Shown one piece after another: positions 11,226 to 23,062 of a stretch of 64,000 nucleotides of DNA. The notes under the pieces are model-generated. The model did no database searches. It was given only the letters and a program-made list of their open reading frames with translations, and was not told the origin of the DNA. The translations under genes were made by a program, and so were the position numbers. How positions within the stretch are numbered: the stretch's first letter is position 1; the number at the start of each line of letters is the position of its first letter. Where the stretch lies: positions 15,872,001-15,936,000 of the forward strand of contig JBHGNT010000007.1 in NCBI GenBank assembly GCA_043228905.1, written 5' to 3'. Source of the DNA: Azolla caroliniana (taxonomy: Eukaryota; Plantae; Polypodiophyta).

Positions 11226-14200
11226 CTACAAATTCCATGACATACTGTTGTAAATACATTCATACACATTCGCACTAACTATGTATAAACCTGAGCAGCT
11301 ATTGTATTGCGACATTGGGACATTGATGCACCTGACCAAATGAGAGTACATGTACGCCATTGGTTTTTCTTCTAACAGCCTATACACATAATCATAGTCA
11401 TTTAGTCTTGCATAAAAAATACCTTCAATGTAGAATGTCCTGGTAGATACAACATTTCCCCAATCATCTAATATATTCTGTGTTGCACACTATTTACTAA
11501 CCGTGCACTTCAATATATAGAAATTAGAACCCTCTGAATTGCCTTCATCTGCATTTACAGCGAGATTATCCCCAACATTAAAGACATCACTTAGAGTATC
11601 TCCACATCCTTGATATGTGAAGTCAACATTCCTTTTTGTTTCTCCATAAACTGCTTCCTTATCGTTCAATGTATGATACTTCCAATTCTGAATATATGCT
11701 TTGTTTAAACAATACAAGTTCAATTTTCCTACACACAATGGAAGCAAAAACAAGTTAATTCTCTAACCGCGATACAATGACCATCCAACCTAGAATAACC
11801 ACGAACAACATGGAGAGATCGCAATTCGGGAATTCCTTGGCACTCCCAGGTCTTCTCCCTATTTATTTCATCTATCTTCACTTCCCAAAATTCACGTTTG
11901 ATATCTCGGACCTGCGAGGAATAAACACCAGTTGCACTCGTTGACATATTAGCTCTTAAAAATTCAACTACATGTGTTGCACAATTCATTTGCACACCAT
12001 CTACCCTTAGTTGTTCATGGGTAAGTGCCCGCTTTATGACAGCACCTACACCATCATGTTCACCTTTACCATGGCCAAACCCAAAAAAATTCCATCTCAT
12101 CTCCAAATTTGTTATAGCAGGATACCTCCCCACAAAATAAAATGGATGTCTAGCCTTGAATTGTGCGTAGCTCAATCAGACTAGACCGAATGTTGAGTAA
12201 GCTCCAAATGTTTAGCTAATAACCATGGCTAATGTAAGTGAAAACAATGTTGTACGAACAAGGTATCATGCTTCTTATCATCATAAATAAAAAAATGAAT
12301 TACTTTTTTAACATCACCTAAAACTCGAAAATATGTTATGTGCACAAAAATGGTTACCTGCGTTGAACACCAATGCGAAATCTACTACTACATCATTTGG
12401 AAAATCAGATATGCAATTCTTAAACTGATGGGCTTGCCATGAATAAATGAAGTTGTGTTTAATGAACTTTCCTAGAGATACTACAAATAGAGACGCCAAA
12501 TCCCTTGGTTTAAGCGACTTCCTAACTAGATCCTTTCTTTTACACACCTTTCCTTCGAAATTGGTGTCAACTGACTCAAATAACTTGACAAAGATTAATA
12601 TTTCACTACTCAATTCATTTGGACACCACCTAAATCTACTAGGGCCACAATCTTGACATAAACCTATGACACATTTATGGCTGCGGAAGATGGCCTCAGT
12701 TTCTCTTGGACACAATACTGAATCGAAAAGACAACTTATGGAAGAGATAACATGCTCAAATGACTTACAGTGCTCAATGTAGGCTCCATCGACAAATTGG
12801 GCACTCACAAGTGCAAATTGCATTAGTTAGGGAGGCGTTATGGTGACGTAGTAGATTAATAGAGTCCTTGAGAAAACCCATTTGTACATGGTAAATGCAA
12901 CACCATGTGTATCGATCCTTCAAGCGTCTCACAAAGTGTGGCTTAAGAGACTCGAATGTTCATAGTTGAACTTTGATATTTGGATGCATTCGCCTAAACC
13001 TAATAAATAAATCAACCTACGTAATAAAATGGACATACTGATTAGCTCTATAGCTAAGTGGTAGCTAATTAGCTACTACCATAGTTTAGTACAGTAGCTA
13101 ATTAGATAAGTGGTAGCTAATTAGCTACTACCATAGTTTAGTACAATAGTTAATTAGGTAAGTGGTAACTAATTAGCTACTAGCATAGTTTAGTACAATA
13201 GCTAATTAGCTACCACTTAGCTAATTAGCTACTACCATAGTTTAGTATAGTAGTTAATTGGCTAAGTGGTAGTTAATTAGCTACTACCATACTTTAGTTG
13301 AGTAGCTAATTAGTTAAGTGGTAGCTAATTAGCTACTACCATAGTTTAATACAACAACTAATTAGCTACCACCATAGTTTAGTACAGTAGCTAATTAGCT
13401 AAGTGGTAGCTAATTTGCTACTACCATAATTTAGTACAATAGTTAATTAGCTATGTGGTAGATAATTAGCTACTACCATAGTTTAGTATAGTAGCTAATT
13501 AGCTAAGTGGTAGCTAGTTAGTTACTACCATAATACCAATTAATTAGTTATTTTGGTAGCTAATTAGCTATCCTAGCAACTAATTAGCCATCCTGGTAGC
13601 TAATTAGCTATCCTAGCAACTAATTAGATAAATAGCTATGCTCATATTCTTAGGTAGCTAAGTAGCTATTCTAGAAGGGGATTAACAATTCTGGTAGCTA
13701 ATTAGCTATAGTCATAAGCAACTAGTTAGCTAGTCTGGTAGGGGATTAGCAATTCTTAGGTAGCTAATTAGCTATTGTGGTAGCTAAATAGCTATGAATG
13801 GTAGCTAATTAGCTATTCTGGTAACTAAATAGCTATGAATGGTAGCTAATTAGTTATTCTGGTAACTAAATAGCTATCTTCGATATTCTTAGGGAGCTAA
13901 TTAGCTATTCTGGTAGCTAATTAGCTATTACTTGTAGCTAGTTAGCTATGGTTATATTCGGAGGTAGGTAATTAGCTATTCGGGTATGGTCATATTCGGA
14001 GGTAGGTAATAAGTTAACTAACTAAGCTCAAAAGTCAAAACAAATGTTGAGATAAATGAAAATACCTGAGGTACATCAAGAAGATGAATGGGATGCTCGT
14101 ATTGACTCCTTCCAACACGTTTCCTACATAAATCCTTCTTATTGGGTGAAAGCCTACGCTCATTAGTTTAAAATATTGTGATTATATCCTTGATTTCTGA

Positions 14201-14750
14201 TGTTATGGGTGTCATTGGCTTACATCTTGTTGTTAGCTTTAGTAGACTAGTTCCTTCACCCGAGGAAACTATCCGGTTCAATGTATTGTACACACTTTTT
14301 CTACTCACACCAATTACCTTAGATAGCACACTGATGTTAATATCATCAACATCGTTATTAAATAACATCAGTAAACTAGACCTTTTTAAGACAAGATCAT
14401 CTTCTGACTTGCTCATGGATACGAAACTATTACGGAGATTATTTACTAGTATAAAATTTATGTTTGCATTAAGACCATCACAATCAACTAACTCCTTTAT
14501 CGATGGATCATTTAATATTCCATAAAGTACTACCTTCTTGTCTTCATTACTGATGTGCTTGATTTGAACATTGAAATAGTCTATAACCTTTCTCTCTATG
14601 ATAGTAGTCTCATTATTTCCATTCTAAGTGATATTTAGACCTATATTGCAACCAATACTATCTTTACCTTTAGTATGTGTGGCTTTCGTATCCTTCAACA
14701 ATTGACGCTGTTTTTTTTTTCTGCCCAATACTTTCATATCACTTGTTGTG
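11226..14750 (-). pseudogene. Sola-like (Sola2-type motifs) transposase, intron-containing
   Basis: Motifs: SPNKKD..HLLDVPQ|VDLF..FESLKPHFV..CCIYH, a Cys-rich region, VVDFA, AQFK and WNFFGFGHGKGEHDGVG. A phase-0 GT-AG intron spans 14065..13017. Confidence 0.75.
13040..14030. repeat. Intronic array of TAGCTAATTAGCTA palindromes
   Basis: Dozens of exact or near-exact copies fill the transposase intron. Confidence 0.92.
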
Positions 14751-14984
14751 TCCTGATAGCGTCATCCCTATCCTAATGATCATTGAGGGGTAATTCGAAA
14801 CAGCCTCCTTCCCCTTCCATTTGGCTTGATGGGTTTAAACCCTATATTTTCCCGAAAAAAAGACACGTATTAAATATGGCTATGGGCAACAACAATACAC
14901 AAAAATATTCCGCAATACACAAGATTATACACAACAATACACAAGATAATTAATAGACAGAATAGTTATTCAAATCCAAGACCG

Positions 14985-15930
14985 AACAGTGGAGAATGTC
15001 GGCAGTGGAGGAGTGAACTCCATTTGATCGAACAATTTTGACAATCCAGGGCCAACCAATGGCGGCAATGGAGGAGTGAATTCCGTCGCATTGAACAGTG
15101 GTAGATGATGCTTGGAACACATAGTGACAACAACTGAGAGTAGAATGGTAGCAGTGGAGAAGGAGTGAACTCCTTCGGATCGAAAAGTGGCAGCAATACA
15201 CAACCGAACAGTAGCGGCAACTGAGTGTAGAATGATGGCAATGGATGAGTGAACTCCGTCAAATCGAAAATTGGCAGCAATCCAGGACCGAACAATAGCG
15301 GAAACTGAGTGTAGAATGATGGCAATGGAGGATTGAAATCCGTAAGAATGAACAATGGCAGATGATGCTTGGAATGCACAGTGATGGCAACTAAGAGTAC
15401 AATGGCGGTAGTGGAGAAGGAGTGAACTCCCTCGCATCGAAAAGTGGAAGCAATACACGACCGAACAATAGCGGCAACTAAGTGTAGAATGATGGCAATG
15501 GATGAGTGAACTCTGTCAAATCAAAAGTGGCCACAATCCAGGACCAAACAGCAGCGGCAATTGAGTGTGGAATGATGGCAATGGAGGAGTGAACTCCGTC
15601 AGATCGAACAGTGGCAGATGATGCTTGTAATGCACAATGATGGCAACTAAGAGTGGAATGGCAGTAGTGGAGAAGGAGTTAACTCCGTTGGATCAAAAAG
15701 TGGCAGCAATATACGACCTTCACAGTAGCGTCAACTGAGTGTAGAGTGGCAGCAATGGAGAAGTGAACTTGGCAAATAATGCTTGGATTGAACAGTGGCA
15801 GCAACTAAGTGTAGAATGGCAGCAATGGAGGAGTGTAGATGATGCTTGGACTAAATAGTGGCAGATGATACTTGGACCACACAATGTCGGTAACTAAGTG
15901 TAGAATGACGGCAATGGAGGAGTGGACTCA
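14985..15930. repeat. ~85-bp tandem repeat with trimeric (~257-bp) higher-order structure
   Basis: The monomer starts aact(g/a)ag(t/a)gtagaatg. Three variant types recur in order from ~15132, ~15389 and ~15645. Confidence 0.85.
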
Positions 15931-17954
15931 ATAGGGTTTAGCAACAGTGGTAGTAATCTAAGCCAGAATACTCAACCAAAGATGGCCCACGTGATGTGGC
16001 AAAGGATCATGCATAATGGACCTAGGAATCTGGTATATAATTTATGGTGCACATATCAATTTATGTTGCACATTTATGGTGCTCATTTATATACATAATT
16101 AAAACTCTCTACTATTTTCAATGTTAACTTTTTGCATATCTAATTTATCAATGGTAGCTTTTTGCATAGCTAATTAGCTATGTCAAGGACATAGCTAATT
16201 GTTTCCACTCGCATGCTTTTACCCATTGGCAGATTCTTAAGAACAATGACGTCGGATGCTTCGTTGACGAAGGAGGAGGCTCTACGAATCTGGAAGAAAG
16301 CTTACCAATACTTGCTAAAGGGAGGATTCCTCTAGCGACACCCAAAGAGAAGGACAGCAATGCCACGTCGAGTGGTGGTGAAGAAAGAAGAGCAAGTGAC
16401 GTTGCTGACAGAATTCCACGAGAGTCCTTGGGCATGTCATAGAGGAACATAACAGACATTCGAAAAGTTGAAGGAGAAGTACTGGTGGCCAAGCATGTAC
16501 AAAGATGTACTCCATTTCATGTCCAAATGCGAAATTTGCCAAGTACATTCGAACATACGTCATCGTGATGAGTTACGGCCGACATACCCGCTCAAGATAC
16601 ACTTCAAATGGATGGTGGATCTAGTCTCGATGCCAATGGTGTTGTTGGGGTGGGGGGTGAAGACTAGAATGGGTTCACCCCCCCTCCCAAGGGGATTACA
16701 ATAGAGAGAGCTAAGGAAGAGTGAGAATACAAGATGGCACCAAAAATGAGGGGAAAAAGCTATGTTCATTACATGCCCCATAAAGGGGTTTATATAATAC
16801 AAAATGTAATGGTAAATAATAACTATTACAAAGAGACGACCGTTACACTCTTATCACATGCACATAATTGTGCATGTGCTCACACATACTCATCCTCACA
16901 CACTCATATACATATTACACATACCGAACAACCCCTTCAACGTGTTTTACCCTTATGCCGCCCCGCACAACTCCTATGAGTAACACATGGCATGTCTTTG
17001 GGACAGTGCATCGCACGGTAAACCCACTAGCCATGGCAACTATAAACGACTGGAACTCCATCGGTTGTCTCAATGGTCGGAAATCCATCGACTGGATCAT
17101 AGCTCTACGATCGATAACTTTGATCGGAGCATTGCTTGACTCGAACCTTCTCGTTCGGTCAGCATGTTGCTCAATTGAATCACACCCCAATTGGCTCCTC
17201 CATTGCGGCATGGGTCTTTCATGATTCTATCACATGTATGTGTATTTTTCGGTTTCATCATGTGAATTGAGCTTTGTATTTTGTACCCTTGGTCTCTAAA
17301 AATTTTACCCTCACGTTTTTTGAAATTTTATTTTTTGCCCTTTAATATTCAAAATTTTGTATTCTGCCCTCCAAAATTTGAAATTTTCTCTTCATACCCC
17401 TCTTCTATTTCTTCTTATCTCTTCGTCTTTTGCTTGGCTGTCTTCGCGGTTGCCACTCGGTCGTACTCTTGGTCACGTACCTAGGCCGTACTGTTAGGTG
17501 CGAGTCTCGATCATGCTTCTTGGTCATGCTTTGGTGCCGCACTCTCGACTGCATGTCTCAGCCGTCTTTTCGACCACGCGTCTCGACCGCGCTTCTCGGC
17601 CGTACTCTTGACCACGCGTCTCGGTCGTATTCTCAGACGCGCGTCTCGTTCATGCTCTCGTCCATGCATCTCGGCGGTGCTCTCGGACATGCGCCTTGGT
17701 CGTACTTCTCGGTCGTGCATCTCGGCCATATTCTGGTCGGCACGTTTCTGCCACGTGTCTCTGCTATGCTCTTGGTCGCGCGTCTCTAGCGGCATTGGCC
17801 ATCTCCGCGCCTTTGTGATGGGCTGAGTCTCTCATGTCCCTGACCATCTCTTTTGCTCTCTTGGCTTCTATATTATCTGTGAGAAGAGGGGTTGCTTCCC
17901 ATAGTCATGTGTCCACCTCGCCATAGCTATGTGTGCACCTTCACCTGTCTGTCT

Positions 17955-18135
17955 CTATCTGTCTTTGTCCTCTTTTTATTTTATTTTCTTTTCTTGTCCT
18001 ATTTTGATTTCTCTCTATTTGTCTCTGTCCTCTTTTTATTTTATTTTATTTTATTGTCCTATTTTGATTTCTCTCTATTTGTCTTTGTCCTCTTTTTATT
18101 TTATTTTATTTTCTTGTCCTATTTTGATTTCTCTG
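17955..18135. repeat. 3 x 60-bp T-rich tandem repeat
   Basis: Unit gtct(t/c)tgtcctctttttattttatttt...ttgtcctattttgatttctct recurs at 60-bp spacing. Confidence 0.85.
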
Positions 18136-18479
18136 CTTCTTGCCTCTTCTTCTTCCTTTTCTTTGTTTGTCTTTTCCTGTGTGTGACTGTTTGTATCCAT
18201 TGGCCGTTTCTACTCAGTTGGCTATCCAGCGATCTGGGACCGTCTGTTTGCCGGTTGTCAGACTGAACGTCCTGCCGGCTGTCGGCCGTCTCCATCAGAG
18301 CTTGCTGTCGTCTCTCCATTCGGCTAGCTAACTGTGTTCGGGGTCGTCTATGTCCGCCGACCATTGACATCTACTCGGCCGTCTCTACCGCCAGTGGATA
18401 TCTTTGTCCGGCCAACCGTCTATCTAGTCGTTGTCATGTGTTATCTTTGTTGTTGCTTGTGCGGTTGTACCTCATCATC

Positions 18480-19100
18480 TAGTTATACTCCTTGATCGTC
18501 TTCGTCTTCATACTTGCCTTCTTCATGGTTTTCTTCTTGTATATCTGCTTTGATCCTTTCCTCTTCTTCCTCATCATAAGAAACCTCCTTAGTCACATAT
18601 AGACATGGTTTCTCCTCCAAGAGGTTCTCCATTGCCCTTTGTCACCATGAACGAGCCACTTGCTTGGGATTCCCAGATGCATTGATCATCATCATTATGT
18701 TTCGTAATGATAACCACCTTCTTTACTACCCTATAGGCAGAGTAGAAACCAACCCCAAATTGTTTGATCATACTTACATCAGCACCTACAACAAGAGCTT
18801 CCATGAAATCTTCGGTGCCTAAGCGGGCAATGTTACCAAGGTTGTTCACAAGATCTTCTTTGTTCATGCCAATACCACTATCAATGATTTCATGAGTGTT
18901 AGAGGACTTGTCGGGGATAACATGAAGGAAGAGTTCTGGTTGAGAATAAGATTTGCTCTTATTAGTTAGGCTCTCAAATAGAATCTTGTCCAGAGCATCG
19001 GAAGAGTTACTAATGAGTTCACGCAAGAAGGTGTCGATAATGAGGCTGGGAAGCTGGTTAACTCAGCCTGGAAGGCTAAGGTCTTCGTTTCGGCTGCCAT
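18480..19100 (-). pseudogene. HSP90: Cytosolic Hsp90 N-terminal fragment, intronless, with deletions
   Basis: Reads [69 protein letters not shown], followed by a charged-linker remnant. Confidence 0.95.
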
Positions 19101-20729
19101 AACCAGAGAGCTTAGCAAGATAGAAAACCCAGAAAAGAAGTAGCAAAAAACAAATAGGAAATGGATCAAAGACGCAGAAGTGTATTAGATGGTGACGGTT
19201 TCTATGATGGTTCTGGAAGATCTTAGTGCGTCGAGTATTTGCAGAGATCATATTCTTGTTAATGGAGCATGGAGCTCTCTAACATCAAAGTGCACGGTGT
19301 CTCTAACAAACAATAAGTGTGAGATTCTCTAACAAACTGCACATAGGCAAGGGCTTGACCGGAAGCTTCGCAGGAGCGACCTTATAAGCTTTATGCTCCA
19401 TGATGGGAGGATGCACATGAAGCTTCCCAAACAGAGTCATCGATCATCATTCTCATCATCGCGGAGCAAACACGAAGAGTTTTGAGTCACCATTGAGCAT
19501 CACAGAAAAATAGAGAAGGACGATGAGGTATCAGGAAACAAGACTAGGAACTGGTCATTCTCTACCATTCAAGAGAGAGATGACGTCAAAAGAAGACATC
19601 ATGGTGACTTCGACTTGAGGTAGGGAGCGCGACTCTACGCCTGTAGTTGCGACTACTGACTGAGTTGTGGCAATGGAAAGCTTCGTTTTCCTGAGCGAGA
19701 TAGAGAGAATATGGGGAGATGTAAGAATGATTTGTGTGCACAAAAGAGAGAGAGTATGTATGAATGACCTCCTCTCAAGGGCGGGCCATCCGTTAGGGCT
19801 TCACCCCTCCTCCCAAGGGGATTACAATAGAGAGAGCTAAGGAGAGTAAGAATACAAGATGACACCAAAAATGAGGGGAAAAAGCTATGTTCATTACATG
19901 CCCCATAAGGGGTTTATATAATACAAAATGTAACGGTAAATAATAATCATTACAAAAGAGACGACCGTTACAGTCTTGTCACATGCACATAATTGTGCAT
20001 GTGCTCACACATACTCATCCTCACACACTCATATACATATTACACATACCGAACAACCCCTTCAACGTGTTTTACCCTTATGTTGCCCCATACAACTCCT
20101 ACAGGTAACAAATGGGAGTGAGACAAATGAAGTACTTAGTACTGGCAAGAGAAGACCTAACAAATCAAGTGGAAGGACATGCCTTGGCAAATTAAAACAA
20201 CGTCAGTTGTTTGCAAATTTCTACTCAACGAGGTTGTCTACTGATACGGATTTGTTGGAAAGATAGTGGCTGACTGAGGGGAGTTGGATGCACACGAAGC
20301 AACAGAGGACATGCCTTGGCAAATAAGACAACGTCAGCTGTTTGCAAATTTCTACTCAACGAGGTTGTCTACCAATACGGATCTGTTGGAAAGATAGTGG
20401 CTGACCGAGGGGAGTTGGATGCACACGAAGCAACAGAGTTCTTCGAACGACTAGGCGTGAAGCTTTCCCTCATGACTCCCTACAATCCAGAAGCGAATAG
20501 GAAGATCGAGCGAGGGCATTGACCATTCGTCAAAGCCATCTTACGAGCATGCAACGGTCAAGTCAAGAACTGGCCACGATTATTGCCATATGCCTTGTGG
20601 GCCGACAAAACTACACACAGTTTAGTGACAGGGTATATGCCAATAGAGCTTATGTATGGACAGAAGCTAGTAATGCCCATCAAAAGTGATACTTCGACTC
20701 ACATCAACTCACCATACAATGTTGAGTTC

Positions 20730-23060
20730 CCTCCACAACAGATGATGACTTTTGCGGCGGCTACTTCCACTACACCCACTCCTACGAAACCCAGAAGCGC
20801 CAACAAACGTCCAACTAAAAGACCACAAGCTCCAATAGTTTCAACTACTCCAACCCCTCCAAAAACTACTAGTACCTAGGTAATCTCCACTGAATCACCG
20901 CTAATTTCCCAACACTTTGAAGATTACAAGTGTTATTGCAGAGTTTAAAAACCTGTATCGAAAAGTAGAAAAAGCTAAAAAAACATACACTCATATGTCA
21001 AACCTAAATTCCTAGAATATAGCCCCTCATAGCTTGAGAATCCATCTCCCTAGACTAATTATTGAGCAGGAAGATATTAATAAAAGCCTACAACTAGAGT
21101 TTACTTCCATCACAACACAATATAGTAAAGATCTCACTACCACATATGTTAAGCATTTAGATAGTGTTGTCCATTTCTACACAAAAACAGTAGATGACTT
21201 TCCTATAATTGTGCGTTCGGATATACTCAAAATTGCTAATCTTCTAAAAGCCCCTGTTTGTTTTGACGAAGTAGAGGAACCCGATTCAAGCCCAAACTCA
21301 TTTAGCAAACAACTTGAAATTTTCCAAGAAGAGTTAGAAATTAATATTCTAAAAGAATGTAATACTATAACCCTCTCATTCACTTATAGGGAAGCCTTTA
21401 GGGCAGCTGCTATGCAAAGAAAAGACAAAGCCCAATCAATAAATGACAACACTCAAAGCACAAGTAAGCACCATATTAGAGAGATAGACATAGATATGGA
21501 GTCAGATGATGATATTGAAGAGGATATTTAAAAAGTAGTTGATAGTTTTGAGAAAGTACAATATAACAAATTTCAGTTTACAACTCAGCACAAAAACCCT
21601 AACTTGAGAACAAACCCTAACCCTAATTTGAGAACAAACCCTAACCCTAACCCTAACTTGAGAACAAACCCCAACCCTAACCCTAACTCTAAAACAATTC
21701 CCAACCTAAAAACTAACACTAACACAAACCCTAACCCTTGGCCTCGAACAACAAACCCGAAGCCTCCTCCACCACAAATTCATCGCGGATCATCCAGCCA
21801 CCGCAACCATCCTCAATTCATATGCAACATAAATAATAATGAAGTTAGCATGAACCCATATCCTCACAACCTCAACCATCGAAACCCAAAAGTACTTTTC
21901 TATAGATCCAACAAGCTTTCGGTAGGCCCGAGCACAAACTCGGTCTACCCTCACAATAACCCGAACTCCAACTTTACCACTCATGCTTCCCTTCATACAG
22001 GTCCATCGCATCATCCATTGCAAGATCTCCATCAACAACCTCCATCATCACTTTTCGGCGGCAATAGAGACATCAACGGCTATAATCATCCACCACAAGA
22101 TCTCCATCAACGACCACCATCATCACTTATCGGCAGCAATAGAGACATCAACCACTATAATCATCCACCACAAGATCTCCATCAACAACCACCATCATCA
22201 ATTTTCGGCGGCAACAGAGACATTGACCACTATACGCATGGTTGGCCACATGCTGTAGACGGAGGACCTCCATCTCTGATCCATAGCCTCCACTCATCGG
22301 CCGCACCTCCTCGATTCTCGTCGACCCAACACAACCAACATCAGTTCGACTGGATTAATGCAGATGCGGGCTACAACGATGTTATGACCTCTGGTCAGAC
22401 ATTCGATTACAACAGAGTCCATCTCCCCCATTCTCACCTTCCTCCTCTACTCCTCAGCCCTCCTCTATATACTCAGCCCCTCGACACCTCTCATCCCTCC
22501 TTTCCCCCTCAATTTTCATTCCCTCCTCCTACGTTGGGACAACAACATAGCCCATCCCTTTTCCACACCAAGACCCTAACACCCTTTCCTTATTCATGGC
22601 CACCGCACCCATACCCCACTCACTCTCCAAACCCCCCCCCCACACACACACACTTTCTACTAATTCTTTGTATACCCCCTCGTTACTTTCCAATATTCCC
22701 CTATTTAACCCCATGCCCCCTTTTTGTAATGATCCTCACCCTAAATTTCCCCCCAAAACTTTGTATAATTTTGGCCTTACCCCTCCCCCAATCTCTAATA
22801 TAGCCCCAACACCCCCTAATATTTTCACACACTCCTCCCATACCCCCCTCTCCATTCTTAATAATTCCACACATGCCACCCCCCCTTATTTTCACATAAT
22901 TTGAATAAGAACCCCTCCCTATTTACATCTAACACCCCTCCCCTTTTTCCTAATTTTAACTTATCGGCCCCTACCACCCACCCATATAATAAATCAAAAC
23001 CCACACAACTCTTACAAACCCCCCCGTCACCCCATAACTAAAACTTCGTCTTATACGTCT
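20730..23060 (+). pseudogene. PLE-2 N-terminal region (helical domain, NP repeats, 60-bp HPPQDLHQQPPSS repeats)
   Basis: Fragmented ORFs 21034-21531 and 21604-22803; the first resembles the PLE-1 N-terminal ORF. Confidence 0.65.
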
Positions 23061-23062
23061 AA

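Larger units (their letters stand above)
8200..16210 (-). mobile_element. Sola-like DDD DNA transposon; right terminus present, left terminus missing
   Basis: It has a transposase pseudogene and TAGCTAATTAGCTA arrays throughout. The right end reads 5'-GAGTGGAAACAATTAGCTA on the minus strand and abuts gypsy pol sequence at 16211. Confidence 0.65.
16640..20110 (-). mobile_element. Non-autonomous LTR element E2 carrying an Hsp90 fragment
   Basis: Direct repeats at 16640-16985 and ~19791-20110 with TGTT...AACA outer ends. TSD is AATGG (16635-16639 and 20111-20115). The TATATAAACCCC box is on the minus strand, and no gag/pol was recognised. Confidence 0.88.

Noticed and set aside
8200-14030. TAGCTAATTAGCTA arrays as CRISPR or telomere repeats
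   Set aside because: The intervening sequences are themselves repeated, and the motif is tied to the DNA transposon.
18480-19100. Functional HSP90 gene
   Set aside because: It is frameshifted, internally deleted, truncated after the charged linker and located between LTRs.
19200-19225. Heat-shock element upstream of the Hsp90 fragment
   Set aside because: Only two good units (TTCtgGAA) are present; the neighbouring units are mismatched or out of phase.
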